DNA of 64,000 nt from a bacterium (lineage in GTDB: Bacteria > Patescibacteriota > Minisyncoccia > Phycocordibacterales > Phycocordibacteraceae). Made by a program: the position numbers and the translations under genes. Location of the stretch: the NCBI GenBank assembly GCA_021849125.1, contig JAJZTG010000002.1, positions 12,573 to 76,572 of the forward strand, read 5' to 3'. Every line of letters begins with the position of its first letter. Within the stretch, counting starts at the first letter, position 1. Under the pieces are notes generated by a model. It worked only from the letters and a program-made list of their open reading frames with translations. It was not told where the DNA came from and made no database searches. Of this stretch, positions 1 through 8,438 are shown one piece after another.

Positions 1-104
1 ATGATCTTCGCATGCGGCGTGACGAAACGCTTCAAGTATGCGATGTCCTTGTAGTCGACAAACTTCTTAAGCTCGATCTCTTCTCGTTCTGATTGGTATG
101 CCAT
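1..104 (-). CDS. rpsR: 30S ribosomal protein S18 (5' part; runs off window start)
   Basis: Manual translation MAYQSEREEIELKKFVDYKDIAYLKRFVTPHAKI has the S18 DYKD..L..F motif; rpsF-ssb-rpsR order. Confidence 0.9.
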   Translation of the reverse strand, partial: MAYQSEREEIELKKFVDYKDIAYLKRFVTPHAKI

Positions 105-115
105 GATCTAAATAA

Positions 116-553
116 TTAAAACGGTATGTCTTCCGGGTTGATCTCTTCGTCCGGGTACTGGATCGCTTCGGCTTCGGAAGGAGCCGGCTGTTCCTCAGAA
201 GAAGCGTTGCCTGCGCCACGACCGCCTTCTGCGCCGAACTGGAAGGTCTCGATGATGATCTCGGTGCGGTAGTTCTTCTTGCCGGTCTCCTTGTCATCCC
301 ACGAACGAGTCTGCAAACGGCCCTCCACGTAAATCGGGCGACCCTTCTTGCAATACTGCGCGATGACTTCTGCCGTGCGGCCGAACGCGACGAGGTTGTG
401 GAACTCCGTCATCTCCTGGCGCTGGCCATTCTTGTCCTTGTAGGAGCGGTTGGTGGCGAGACCGAAGTTTGCGACCTGCTGACCGGACGGGAGCGCCTTG
501 AGCTCCGGATCGCGGGTAAGGTTGCCGTAGAGGATGACTTTGTTGAGGTACAT
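116..553 (-). CDS. ssb: Single-stranded DNA-binding protein
   Basis: MYLNKVILYGNLTRDPE N-terminus, acidic C-terminal tip EDIPF; start reset to ATG at 553. Confidence 0.97.
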   Translation of the reverse strand: MYLNKVILYGNLTRDPELKALPSGQQVANFGLATNRSYKDKNGQRQEMTEFHNLVAFGRTAEVIAQYCKKGRPIYVEGRLQTRSWDDKETGKKNYRTEIIIETFQFGAEGGRGAGNASSEEQPAPSEAEAIQYPDEEINPEDIPF

Positions 554-560
554 GAGTCGA

Positions 561-1061
561 TTATACCGCGACGTTCTCAAGGGCTGCGTCGAGCTCATTC
601 CCGATCGCGTCCTCAGACTCCCCTGCCTCGGCAGCAGCCGTAGCAGCGGCCTTTGCGAGAAGCTCGTGGACCTCAAGAGAGTGGCGCGCAGCTTCCTTGG
701 TAGTCGTGAGGTCGATGAAACGGATGATCGCCTTGTTGGCATTTGCGGCAGCGATAATCTCTGCATGCGCTCCCGCATCCGTCTCGTAGACGACCCACGC
801 GAAGTATGCCGAGTTGAAGTCGCGGCGACCTGACACTTCCTGACGGGAGATCGTGTAGGCGAGCTGGATCTTCTCCGGCTCGACCTGAGCGACGATCTCA
901 CCCTTCTCGGCGATACCGTCGATAATCGCCTGGTACGTCTTCTTTACCTCCTCGGTCGGAAGTTCCGGGTCGAGGTGGAAACCGAGCTCATACACGCGCG
1001 GCTCCGAGGTACCGACCTCGGACTCCTCAACCATGAGGTCCATATCCTGCTTCTTAGCCAT
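561..1061 (-). CDS. rpsF: 30S ribosomal protein S6 with acidic extensions
   Basis: YELGFHLDPEL, LAYTI, IIRF motifs; upstream of ssb-rpsR. Confidence 0.9.
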   Translation of the reverse strand: MAKKQDMDLMVEESEVGTSEPRVYELGFHLDPELPTEEVKKTYQAIIDGIAEKGEIVAQVEPEKIQLAYTISRQEVSGRRDFNSAYFAWVVYETDAGAHAEIIAAANANKAIIRFIDLTTTKEAARHSLEVHELLAKAAATAAAEAGESEDAIGNELDAALENVAV

Positions 1062-1109
1062 AGTTCCCGCATACTACCACGGCCTTTTACCGCACACAAG
1101 CGGGGTCCT

Positions 1110-1916
1110 TCAGGGCTGTCCTAGGCCGAAAACACGCCTCGTATTCGCAAGAAGCACCTCCCGGACCGCCTCTCTGTCCTCCCCGCGCACCTCGGCGATC
1201 TGAGCGGCAACGTCTTTGACCGCGAGCGGATCATTGCGCTCCCCGCGACGGATGACCGGCGCGACGTACGGCGAATCGGTCTCCGCGAGAATATTCTCGA
1301 GCGACACGCTTTTCATGACCGCGTCATAGTCGCGGGCGAACGTGATGACCGCCGTAAAAGAGACGGTGAAGCCAAGCGCGATAAGCGCGTCGGCCTCGTC
1401 TTTGGTCCCCACGAAGAAATGTATGTCTCCTGCGTTCGGAAGCAGCGACGCTTTCTCTTCGGTAAGGAGCGCGATGAGGTCTTGATACGCATCCTGCGAA
1501 CCTTTGCTCGGACGGGAGTGGATGATGAGCGGCTTCTTGAACTCGGCAGCGAGCGCGAGGTGCTTCTTGAGAAGCTCTTTCTGATTCCTCTTCGTCACGT
1601 CGTCCACGGTCGACGGACGAAAGTAATCGAGCCCGCACTCCCCTATCGCGACCACCTTCGGGTGCGCCGCAAGCACGCGAAACGCTTCTCTATCGAACTC
1701 AACCTCAGGCTCATAGTTCGGGTGCAGCCCAACCGATGCGTAGAGGTGCTCATGCTGCTCGGCGAGCGCCAGAGCGCCCTTTGAAGACTCGAGATCGCAG
1801 CCAACCACGAGCGCGGCAACACCCTCTTCCTTCATCTTCGCGATGATGTCATCACGATCAGCGTCATATTGTCCGAACTGCAGGTGACAATGCGCATCGA
1901 TATAACGAGGGGTCAT
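1110..1916 (-). CDS. tatD: TatD family deoxyribonuclease
   Basis: DAHCHL, GLHP, AIGECGLDY, ETDSPY motifs; follows metG. Confidence 0.95.
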   Translation of the reverse strand: MTPRYIDAHCHLQFGQYDADRDDIIAKMKEEGVAALVVGCDLESSKGALALAEQHEHLYASVGLHPNYEPEVEFDREAFRVLAAHPKVVAIGECGLDYFRPSTVDDVTKRNQKELLKKHLALAAEFKKPLIIHSRPSKGSQDAYQDLIALLTEEKASLLPNAGDIHFFVGTKDEADALIALGFTVSFTAVITFARDYDAVMKSVSLENILAETDSPYVAPVIRRGERNDPLAVKDVAAQIAEVRGEDREAVREVLLANTRRVFGLGQP

Positions 1917-3337
1917 GGCAGACGCGGAAAGAGGTTATCGGGCTTCTTGTTTTCGCGGATAGCGGCGAGGATATTTTGGCTTGTCGAGGGCATGAAAGGC
2001 GCAAGCAGCGTCGCAATCTCATGGAGATCCCGGACGAGTGCGCGGAGCATCTCCTGCCCTTTCGCGAGATCCTCCTTCACGACCGCAAACGGCTTCTCGT
2101 TAGTAATGCGCTCGTCAGCTACCGCGATCTTTGCCCAGATGAGATCCATAACCTTATTGAATTCGAATGCTTCGAGCGCGGAAACGTATTCAGCGGGAGC
2201 AGCAACATCTTTCACCTCGACGGGTTCAGGCAGATTCGCCTCCGCAAGCTTCATGACGCGCGCGACGAGATTACCGAGACCATTGGTCAGGTGTGCGGTG
2301 TAGTGTTCACGGATCGCATCGAGCGTAAGGTCGGAGTCGTCCATCGGGCTCACATGGCGCAAAAGGATGTAGCGCACCGCATCTGTGCCGTACTCCCCGA
2401 CGAGATCAAGCGCGTTGATGACATTGCCGAGCGACTTGCTCATCTTCTGGCCACCTGAGGTGATGAAACCGTGATAGAAGACTTGGTCGGTATTCTTCAC
2501 GCCTGCAGACATGAGCATCGCTTGCCACATGAGCGACTGGAAGCGCACCTGATCCTTCCCTGCCATCTGGAGCGTCTGCCCTTCTGCCCAGTACTTCTTG
2601 AAATCACCGCCCTCGTCCGGCCAACCCAAGGTCGAGATGTAGTTGGTAAGCGCATCGAACCATACGTACATGACCTGCGATTCGTCACCTGGCACCGGGA
2701 TGCCCCACGAGAGCCGTGCGGCTTCACGTGAGATGCTGAAATCCTCGAGGCCGCCCTCTACGAAATTGATCGCCTCCTGGCGACGCCACTCCGGCATGAT
2801 GACACCCTCTCGGCTGAGATACTCGAGCAAACGGTCCTGGTAGGCAGAAAACTTGAAGAAATAGTTCTCTTCGGTCACCGTCTCAACCGGCTTTCCGGGA
2901 TGCTCAGGACACTCGCCGTTCACGAGATCCTTCTCGGTCTTGTATGACTCACAGCCGATGCAGTAGAGACCGGTATATGACTTCTTGTAGATATCGCCTG
3001 CGGCCTCGCAGCGACGCCACATCTCTTGAGCTGCCGCGACATGTTTCGCGTCAGTCGTACGGATGAATGCATGCTCGGAAAGACCGAGCGCTTTGGAGAG
3101 CTCGCTGAAGCGTTCCGCATAGTGATCAACGTATGCCTGTACCTCCTGCCCTGCTTTCTCAGCAGCCTGGAAGAGCTTCTGGCCGTGCTCGTCGGAACCG
3201 GTATTGAAAAAGACCTCTGCGCCCTGGACACGCCAAACGCGTGCAAGCACATCAGCTTGCAGGATCTCCATCGCGAACCCGACATGCGGATCCGCGTTCA
3301 CATACGGAAGCGTAGTGGTGATGTAACGTGCGCCCAT
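1913..3337 (-). CDS. metG: Methionyl-tRNA synthetase (short form, no C-terminal tRNA-binding domain)
   Basis: YVNADPHVG (HIGH-like), YVWFDALTNY, KMSKS; 474 aa. Confidence 0.97.
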   Translation of the reverse strand: MGARYITTTLPYVNADPHVGFAMEILQADVLARVWRVQGAEVFFNTGSDEHGQKLFQAAEKAGQEVQAYVDHYAERFSELSKALGLSEHAFIRTTDAKHVAAAQEMWRRCEAAGDIYKKSYTGLYCIGCESYKTEKDLVNGECPEHPGKPVETVTEENYFFKFSAYQDRLLEYLSREGVIMPEWRRQEAINFVEGGLEDFSISREAARLSWGIPVPGDESQVMYVWFDALTNYISTLGWPDEGGDFKKYWAEGQTLQMAGKDQVRFQSLMWQAMLMSAGVKNTDQVFYHGFITSGGQKMSKSLGNVINALDLVGEYGTDAVRYILLRHVSPMDDSDLTLDAIREHYTAHLTNGLGNLVARVMKLAEANLPEPVEVKDVAAPAEYVSALEAFEFNKVMDLIWAKIAVADERITNEKPFAVVKEDLAKGQEMLRALVRDLHEIATLLAPFMPSTSQNILAAIRENKKPDNLFPRLP

Positions 3338-3343
3338 ACTCCG

Positions 3344-4405
3344 CTACTTGTGCGCGGCAGCCATACGACGCTTACGCTTGTCGAAGTCATTGATGAGTTC
3401 GAGCAAGACAGCCGCAGCCGGCACCGAAAGAAGAACTCCGAGGAACCCGGCAATCGTGTAGCCAGCGATGAGCGAGAGGATAACGAGGAGCGGCGGAACA
3501 CCGATAACCTTCTTCACGATGAGCGGATAGATGAGGTTCGATTCGAACTGGTTCACCACGACGTAGAGACCGAGCACGATCGCAGCAAGCGCGACGCCTC
3601 CGCTTGAGAACGCGACGATGACCGCGACCGCTCCGGCAATGAGCGACCCGAAAACAGGGATGATCTCGGCAAAGGCCGTGAACACGGAAAGAAGCAGTGC
3701 ATACGGAACACCGATGATGAGAAGGCCGAGATACGTGAGGATCGCGACGATGACCGAAAGGAGGATCTGTCCCTGCATCCAGAGGCCGATCTTCTTCTGC
3801 GAACGCCGCCAGAGGTCGACAGAGTATTCCTCGTGCTTGACCGGCATCACGAGCCGGAGGAAGTCGTCGACGCCGGTCTCCTGGAGCGCGAAGTAGAACG
3901 AGAGCACGAAGACGAGGAGCAATGAGAGGATCCCTCCGAAGAACGTGACGATGATCTGTACGGCGCCAGCGGAGCCTGCGGTAAAGACCGATTGCAACGA
4001 GAGGAGCGTTTGGACGAATGACTGCAGATCGCGAGAGCTGCTCAAGAGGCTTGATGCGCTCTGGAAGCTCGGGAAAGAAGCCGATGCGTTCAAGGTCTCA
4101 AGATACCGAGGCAGTGACGAAAGAAAACCTGCCGCATCCGCGATGATCGGCGGGAAGAACAGGTACAGCATGAGAAAGATCGAACCGAACACAAGCACGT
4201 AGATGAGGATCACGGAGAAGAAGCGCGGTATGCGGTACCGGATGAAGAAGGTTACGCCTGGCTCGATAGCCGAGGCGATCACGATGGCCGTAATAACGAG
4301 AAGGACGAGGTCGCGGAGCGTCCAGAGGAGAAAAGCCCCGGCGATAAGGAGGATCGCGGAAACGATCGTGCCGGAGGTGATAGTGACCTGGACTTCCCGG
4401 TTCAT
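3344..4405 (-). CDS. AI-2E (PerM) family transporter
   Basis: Multi-TM; IIPVFG and NQFESNLIYP motifs; start moved to MNREVQ because a TACCAT -10 lies 7 nt upstream. Confidence 0.85.
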   Translation of the reverse strand: MNREVQVTITSGTIVSAILLIAGAFLLWTLRDLVLLVITAIVIASAIEPGVTFFIRYRIPRFFSVILIYVLVFGSIFLMLYLFFPPIIADAAGFLSSLPRYLETLNASASFPSFQSASSLLSSSRDLQSFVQTLLSLQSVFTAGSAGAVQIIVTFFGGILSLLLVFVLSFYFALQETGVDDFLRLVMPVKHEEYSVDLWRRSQKKIGLWMQGQILLSVIVAILTYLGLLIIGVPYALLLSVFTAFAEIIPVFGSLIAGAVAVIVAFSSGGVALAAIVLGLYVVVNQFESNLIYPLIVKKVIGVPPLLVILSLIAGYTIAGFLGVLLSVPAAAVLLELINDFDKRKRRMAAAHK

Positions 4406-4444
4406 AGTGGGCATGGTACCACGACCTGCGGCCTACGCCGAGAC

Positions 4445-5845
4445 CTATGCAACGGCGCTCTTGATGCGTTCAGCAACGTCTGCAACGGTGAGGCGCTCTT
4501 GTTCACCCGTATCGCGATGGCGGAGCGTGACCGTGTCGAGGAGTTCCGGGTTCTCGCCAAGCGTGTCGAAGTCGATCGTGATGCAGAACGGCGTACCGAT
4601 CTCGTCCTGGCGGCGGTAGCGCTTGCCGACGTTGCCGTTGTCGTCCCAAGCGATCGCCGGATGAACCTTCTTCAAAGCTTCACGGACTTCGCGCGCCTTT
4701 TCGACGAGCTCCGGCTTATTCTTCAAAAGCGGCGCGACCATCGCCTTCACCGGTGCGACCTTGGGTGAGAGCGCGAGATACGTGCGGGTCTCTCCTCCGA
4801 GATCGTCTTCGCGGTACGCGCTTGCGAGTACGGCGAGCACGGTACGATCGACACCCAAAGACGGCTCGATCACGTGCGGAACGAATTTCTCTTTCGTCTC
4901 TTCATCGAGGTACTCGAGCGAGACACCCGAACCCTTCTGGTGCGCCGAGAGGTCGAAGTCGGTGCGGTACGCGAGCCCCCAGAGCTCCTTGCGGCCAAAC
5001 GGGTAATCGAATTCGAAGTCGATCGTGCGCTTAGAGTAGTGTGCACGGTCACCGTCGGGGACTTCGAGCTCATGTACCATGCCGTTCGGAAGGCCGACTG
5101 CTTCCGCGAAAAGATGCATCATCTTGCGCCACTCCTCGAAGGCCTGCTGCCACTCGGAAGGCTTTACGAAATACTCGACTTCCATCTGCGAAAGCTCGCG
5201 CAAACGGAAGATGAAGTCGCGCGGCGCGATCTCGTTCCGGAAGGCCTTCCCTATCTGGGCGATACCGAACGGAAGCTTCGGGTGGATCGAGTCGATGACA
5301 TTCTTATAGTTCATGAAGATGCCGCCGGCTGTCTCAGGACGCAAGTACACCACTGCCGACTCGTCTTCCATCGCGCCTGCATGCGTCCTGAACATCATGT
5401 TGAACTGGCGTGGCTCCGCCCACTCATGTTCCCCACCAATTGGACAAGGGATCTTTTCTTTTTTAAGTAGTTCAAACTGCTTGCTGGAATCTGCTGGCAA
5501 CATAAGCGCTTTTCCAACATGCACCCTCGCAATCAAAATATCAGGCCGTTCTCTCACGTGGCATTTCTTACATTCGACAAGCGGATCGGAGAATCCAGCA
5601 ACGTGACCGGACGCTTCCCATACTTTCGGATTCATGAGGATCGTCGCATCGACGCCATACATGTCGTCACGATCGTCGCGGAACATGCGGAGCCAGAGGT
5701 TTTCGATATTTTCCTTGAGGAGGACGCCCATCGGGCCGTAGTCGAAGGTGCCGGCCAAGCCGCCATAGATCTCGGAGCCCGGGAAGACGAAGCCGCGACG
5801 CTTCGCGAGGGAGACGATCTTTTCCATGAGGTTCTGGTCGTTCAT
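4445..5845 (-). CDS. glyQS: Glycyl-tRNA synthetase, alpha2 homodimeric type
   Basis: EIYGGLAG, LRPETAGG, GKAFRNEI, VIEPSLG, YRRQDEIGTP. Confidence 0.97.
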   Translation of the reverse strand: MNDQNLMEKIVSLAKRRGFVFPGSEIYGGLAGTFDYGPMGVLLKENIENLWLRMFRDDRDDMYGVDATILMNPKVWEASGHVAGFSDPLVECKKCHVRERPDILIARVHVGKALMLPADSSKQFELLKKEKIPCPIGGEHEWAEPRQFNMMFRTHAGAMEDESAVVYLRPETAGGIFMNYKNVIDSIHPKLPFGIAQIGKAFRNEIAPRDFIFRLRELSQMEVEYFVKPSEWQQAFEEWRKMMHLFAEAVGLPNGMVHELEVPDGDRAHYSKRTIDFEFDYPFGRKELWGLAYRTDFDLSAHQKGSGVSLEYLDEETKEKFVPHVIEPSLGVDRTVLAVLASAYREDDLGGETRTYLALSPKVAPVKAMVAPLLKNKPELVEKAREVREALKKVHPAIAWDDNGNVGKRYRRQDEIGTPFCITIDFDTLGENPELLDTVTLRHRDTGEQERLTVADVAERIKSAVA

Positions 5846-5891
5846 ACGGTATAGAGTGCGCTACGCGCCGATTATATGCAAGATAACTGCC

Positions 5892-7763
5892 TTATTGCAC
5901 GATCCCGTCGGTAATCTTGTACCCGGGATCGGTCTTCGTCTCGGTCGTCACCGGATCGGTCGACGCGCTTACCTGCACCCCGGCAAAACGATCGTACCCT
6001 GAGAATGTCGAGGGGCCGGTAAGCGGCACGGCGCCTCCTTTCTGCGAAGAAGACGGGGTGATAGTCACCTGGAAGGTGCTTCGTGCGCTCGCACCCTGCG
6101 CCAAGTCGCCCGTCGTCCAGGTGAGCGTGTGGGACGTCTCGTCGTAAGAAAAAGAGCCGCTGCCGGATGTCTTGTCGACATACGTCACATAGTTTGGCAG
6201 TACGGCTTTCACCGTGCCCCCTGCGACCGCACTGCCCCGATTGGCCACGCTCCAGGCAATCGAGTAACCGGTGGTCATGCCGACCTTGGGCGGGATGGGA
6301 CCAATGCCTGACGTATGCGATGATGCTGCGCTCAGCGCGATCGCTGTCGCCACTTTTGCTGTTTTCGCGCTCGAAGCAGTGACCTGTTCCGGTACGTTCG
6401 ACTCCCCTACGCGCGTTCCGGTAGCAGTGACGGAAAAAGTCACGGTCGGCGAAGCGCCTCCCGCAGGAACGGTCGAGAACGTAAACGTACCGAGTCCTGA
6501 CTCGCCGGGTGAAAGGGTTGCGAGCGACGAATCGGTATCCTTACTGAAGACGATCGTATGGTTTACCGAGTTATAGAAGCCGTTCTGCGCCCTGATACTG
6601 CCATAGTCGATCGCTGAACCGCTGACCGCGATCGAGATCGCCGCATTCGTAACCGGCGTCGAAAGCGTATTCGTAAACGCAACAGTCACGCTTTGCGTGC
6701 TTCCTGGCGCAATGACTGCCTGATCTGATGTGTCGCCATTGATCGCAAGCTTTGTCGATATGAAAGGCGCGGCGATAGTCACGGTCGCATCCTGAGTCAT
6801 GTATTCGACCGCCAGAGTCGAGTCTTGAGACGATTTGGCGGTGCCGACCGTGAAATGGAAGACACGCTGTTCGTTGTTCTGACCGGTGAGAACGCCCGTG
6901 AGGGTTACCTGCTTGGTCGCGCCTGGAGCAAGCGTGCCGATAACGAAGGTTCCGTTCTGGAGCGGGACCGATGAGGAGGTCACCGAGAATCCGAACGGCG
7001 AGGACGGCGCGAGCACGACGTCATCGAGCGGCACCGCTGCATTCGAGCGAACCGTGAGCGTAAACGTGAGCGGGTCACCCGCTACAGTCTCCGTCAACGC
7101 GTCGACCGAAACCGAAAGCGGCGTCGAGGAGATAGCAATACCATACGAAGCCCTCTTCTCGAAGACGGCATTCGAACTCGCCGTACCGTAAGAGAAGATG
7201 ACGGGAAGCGTGACGGTCTGTCCCGCCCCGCCAAAGACAACGGCCTTGATGGAACGGGTTACGGTTGCACCGCTCGCGAGCGTGCCGAGCTGCTCGACAT
7301 ATCGGGGATAGGGCGTAAGCACATCACCGGGGCGGCGCGTCCCGTCGGGGAAATCGACTTCGATCGTCGCATTCTCAAGGGCGACCGGATTCCTGTTCGT
7401 GATGGTGAGCGAAAGCGGCACGGTATCACCGCCGGCTATCGTCGTCGGCCCCTGGATATCGATGGACACTTTATCGGTCGAGACCGAGTTGTTCCCGAAA
7501 TAGAAGAAGTAGCCTGCGGCGACAAGCGATGCGATGAAGAATATGATCGCCACGCTGAGGAATATCCCCGCGAGCCGTACGTGACGCTCACCTCGATGCA
7601 TCGTGATCGGCAACGGCTTCTCTTCCCAAGCGTGCGGGAGCGTCTGCTCTCCTGCGGCACCAAGCGGCGTACGACCATGCGTGGCAGCTCCTTTGGGGCT
7701 GTACAACGCCTCACGCGCGCGCTCAAGCGAACTGATCGAATCTTCGCCGGACCTGGATTGCAT
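5892..7763 (-). CDS. Membrane-anchored surface protein with repeated Ig-like/DUF11-like beta domains
   Basis: One N-proximal TM followed by a long Ser/Thr-rich beta region with repeated 'G.L.PG.s.t.tf' motifs; TATACT 6 nt before ATG 7763. Confidence 0.7.
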   Translation of the reverse strand: MQSRSGEDSISSLERAREALYSPKGAATHGRTPLGAAGEQTLPHAWEEKPLPITMHRGERHVRLAGIFLSVAIIFFIASLVAAGYFFYFGNNSVSTDKVSIDIQGPTTIAGGDTVPLSLTITNRNPVALENATIEVDFPDGTRRPGDVLTPYPRYVEQLGTLASGATVTRSIKAVVFGGAGQTVTLPVIFSYGTASSNAVFEKRASYGIAISSTPLSVSVDALTETVAGDPLTFTLTVRSNAAVPLDDVVLAPSSPFGFSVTSSSVPLQNGTFVIGTLAPGATKQVTLTGVLTGQNNEQRVFHFTVGTAKSSQDSTLAVEYMTQDATVTIAAPFISTKLAINGDTSDQAVIAPGSTQSVTVAFTNTLSTPVTNAAISIAVSGSAIDYGSIRAQNGFYNSVNHTIVFSKDTDSSLATLSPGESGLGTFTFSTVPAGGASPTVTFSVTATGTRVGESNVPEQVTASSAKTAKVATAIALSAASSHTSGIGPIPPKVGMTTGYSIAWSVANRGSAVAGGTVKAVLPNYVTYVDKTSGSGSFSYDETSHTLTWTTGDLAQGASARSTFQVTITPSSSQKGGAVPLTGPSTFSGYDRFAGVQVSASTDPVTTETKTDPGYKITDGIVQ

Positions 7764-7782
7764 GAAAACAGTATAACGCGTG

Positions 7783-8352
7783 TCAGAGCCCGGACGCAGT
7801 GATGTCGTGGTTGATGCGCGCGATGTACTGCGTACGTCTTGCACGCACTGCGCTCAGCGCTTCTGGCGCAAATGCCACTGCGCCTTCAGGCAGCTCGCCA
7901 TCATCGAGACCAAGCTCGGCAAGGATCTGCAGGACCGCGATGATTTCTGCCGCTTCGCGGTCCTCGGCAGACAGCGTGGTGAGCGTATCGAAAAATGATC
8001 TGAGCGTGTGAAATAGCGCGAGATCATGCGCTTCGCCAGCGACGAGACGCAAGAGAAGACCGGAAACGCGCGCCGCGGAGCGACGCGCGTCCGGATCCGT
8101 GAGCCGCCGAGCCCAATTCTCTTCGAGAACTGCACCAGTCAAGCGCCACCCCTCTTTCCCGCGTACGAGCATGAGATTGCTCTCGGCAAAAGTCACGAGC
8201 GCAGGAGCAAGCTTCGCTCCAGGTTTACGCAAACTCTGGGCGCGCACGCGCATGAGCCCGAGATCTTCGGTAAGAAGCGTCACGAGAGCGGTCGCTTCGC
8301 CTGAGGGCACTCGGGCGAGCACGATCGCGCGTGTCGTGTACTTATGCCGCAT
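7783..8352 (-). CDS. recO: DNA repair protein RecO (short CPR-type)
   Basis: TRAIVLARVPSGEA..VTLLTEDLGL..RAQSLRKPGAKL fits the RecO N-terminal OB fold. Confidence 0.8.
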   Translation of the reverse strand: MRHKYTTRAIVLARVPSGEATALVTLLTEDLGLMRVRAQSLRKPGAKLAPALVTFAESNLMLVRGKEGWRLTGAVLEENWARRLTDPDARRSAARVSGLLLRLVAGEAHDLALFHTLRSFFDTLTTLSAEDREAAEIIAVLQILAELGLDDGELPEGAVAFAPEALSAVRARRTQYIARINHDITASGL

Positions 8353-8438
8353 CCCAGTCAGAGAAACTGCGCGATGCGCATGTCCCGGCATTCGAACGAT
8401 ATCGTTTTTCGTTTTTCATAACATTCGAGAGGCACCCT

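Noticed and set aside
8342-8438. Short ORF MKNEKRYRSN... between ileS and recO
   Set aside because: No SD or adjacent -10, overlaps the recO start and has no recognisable features.
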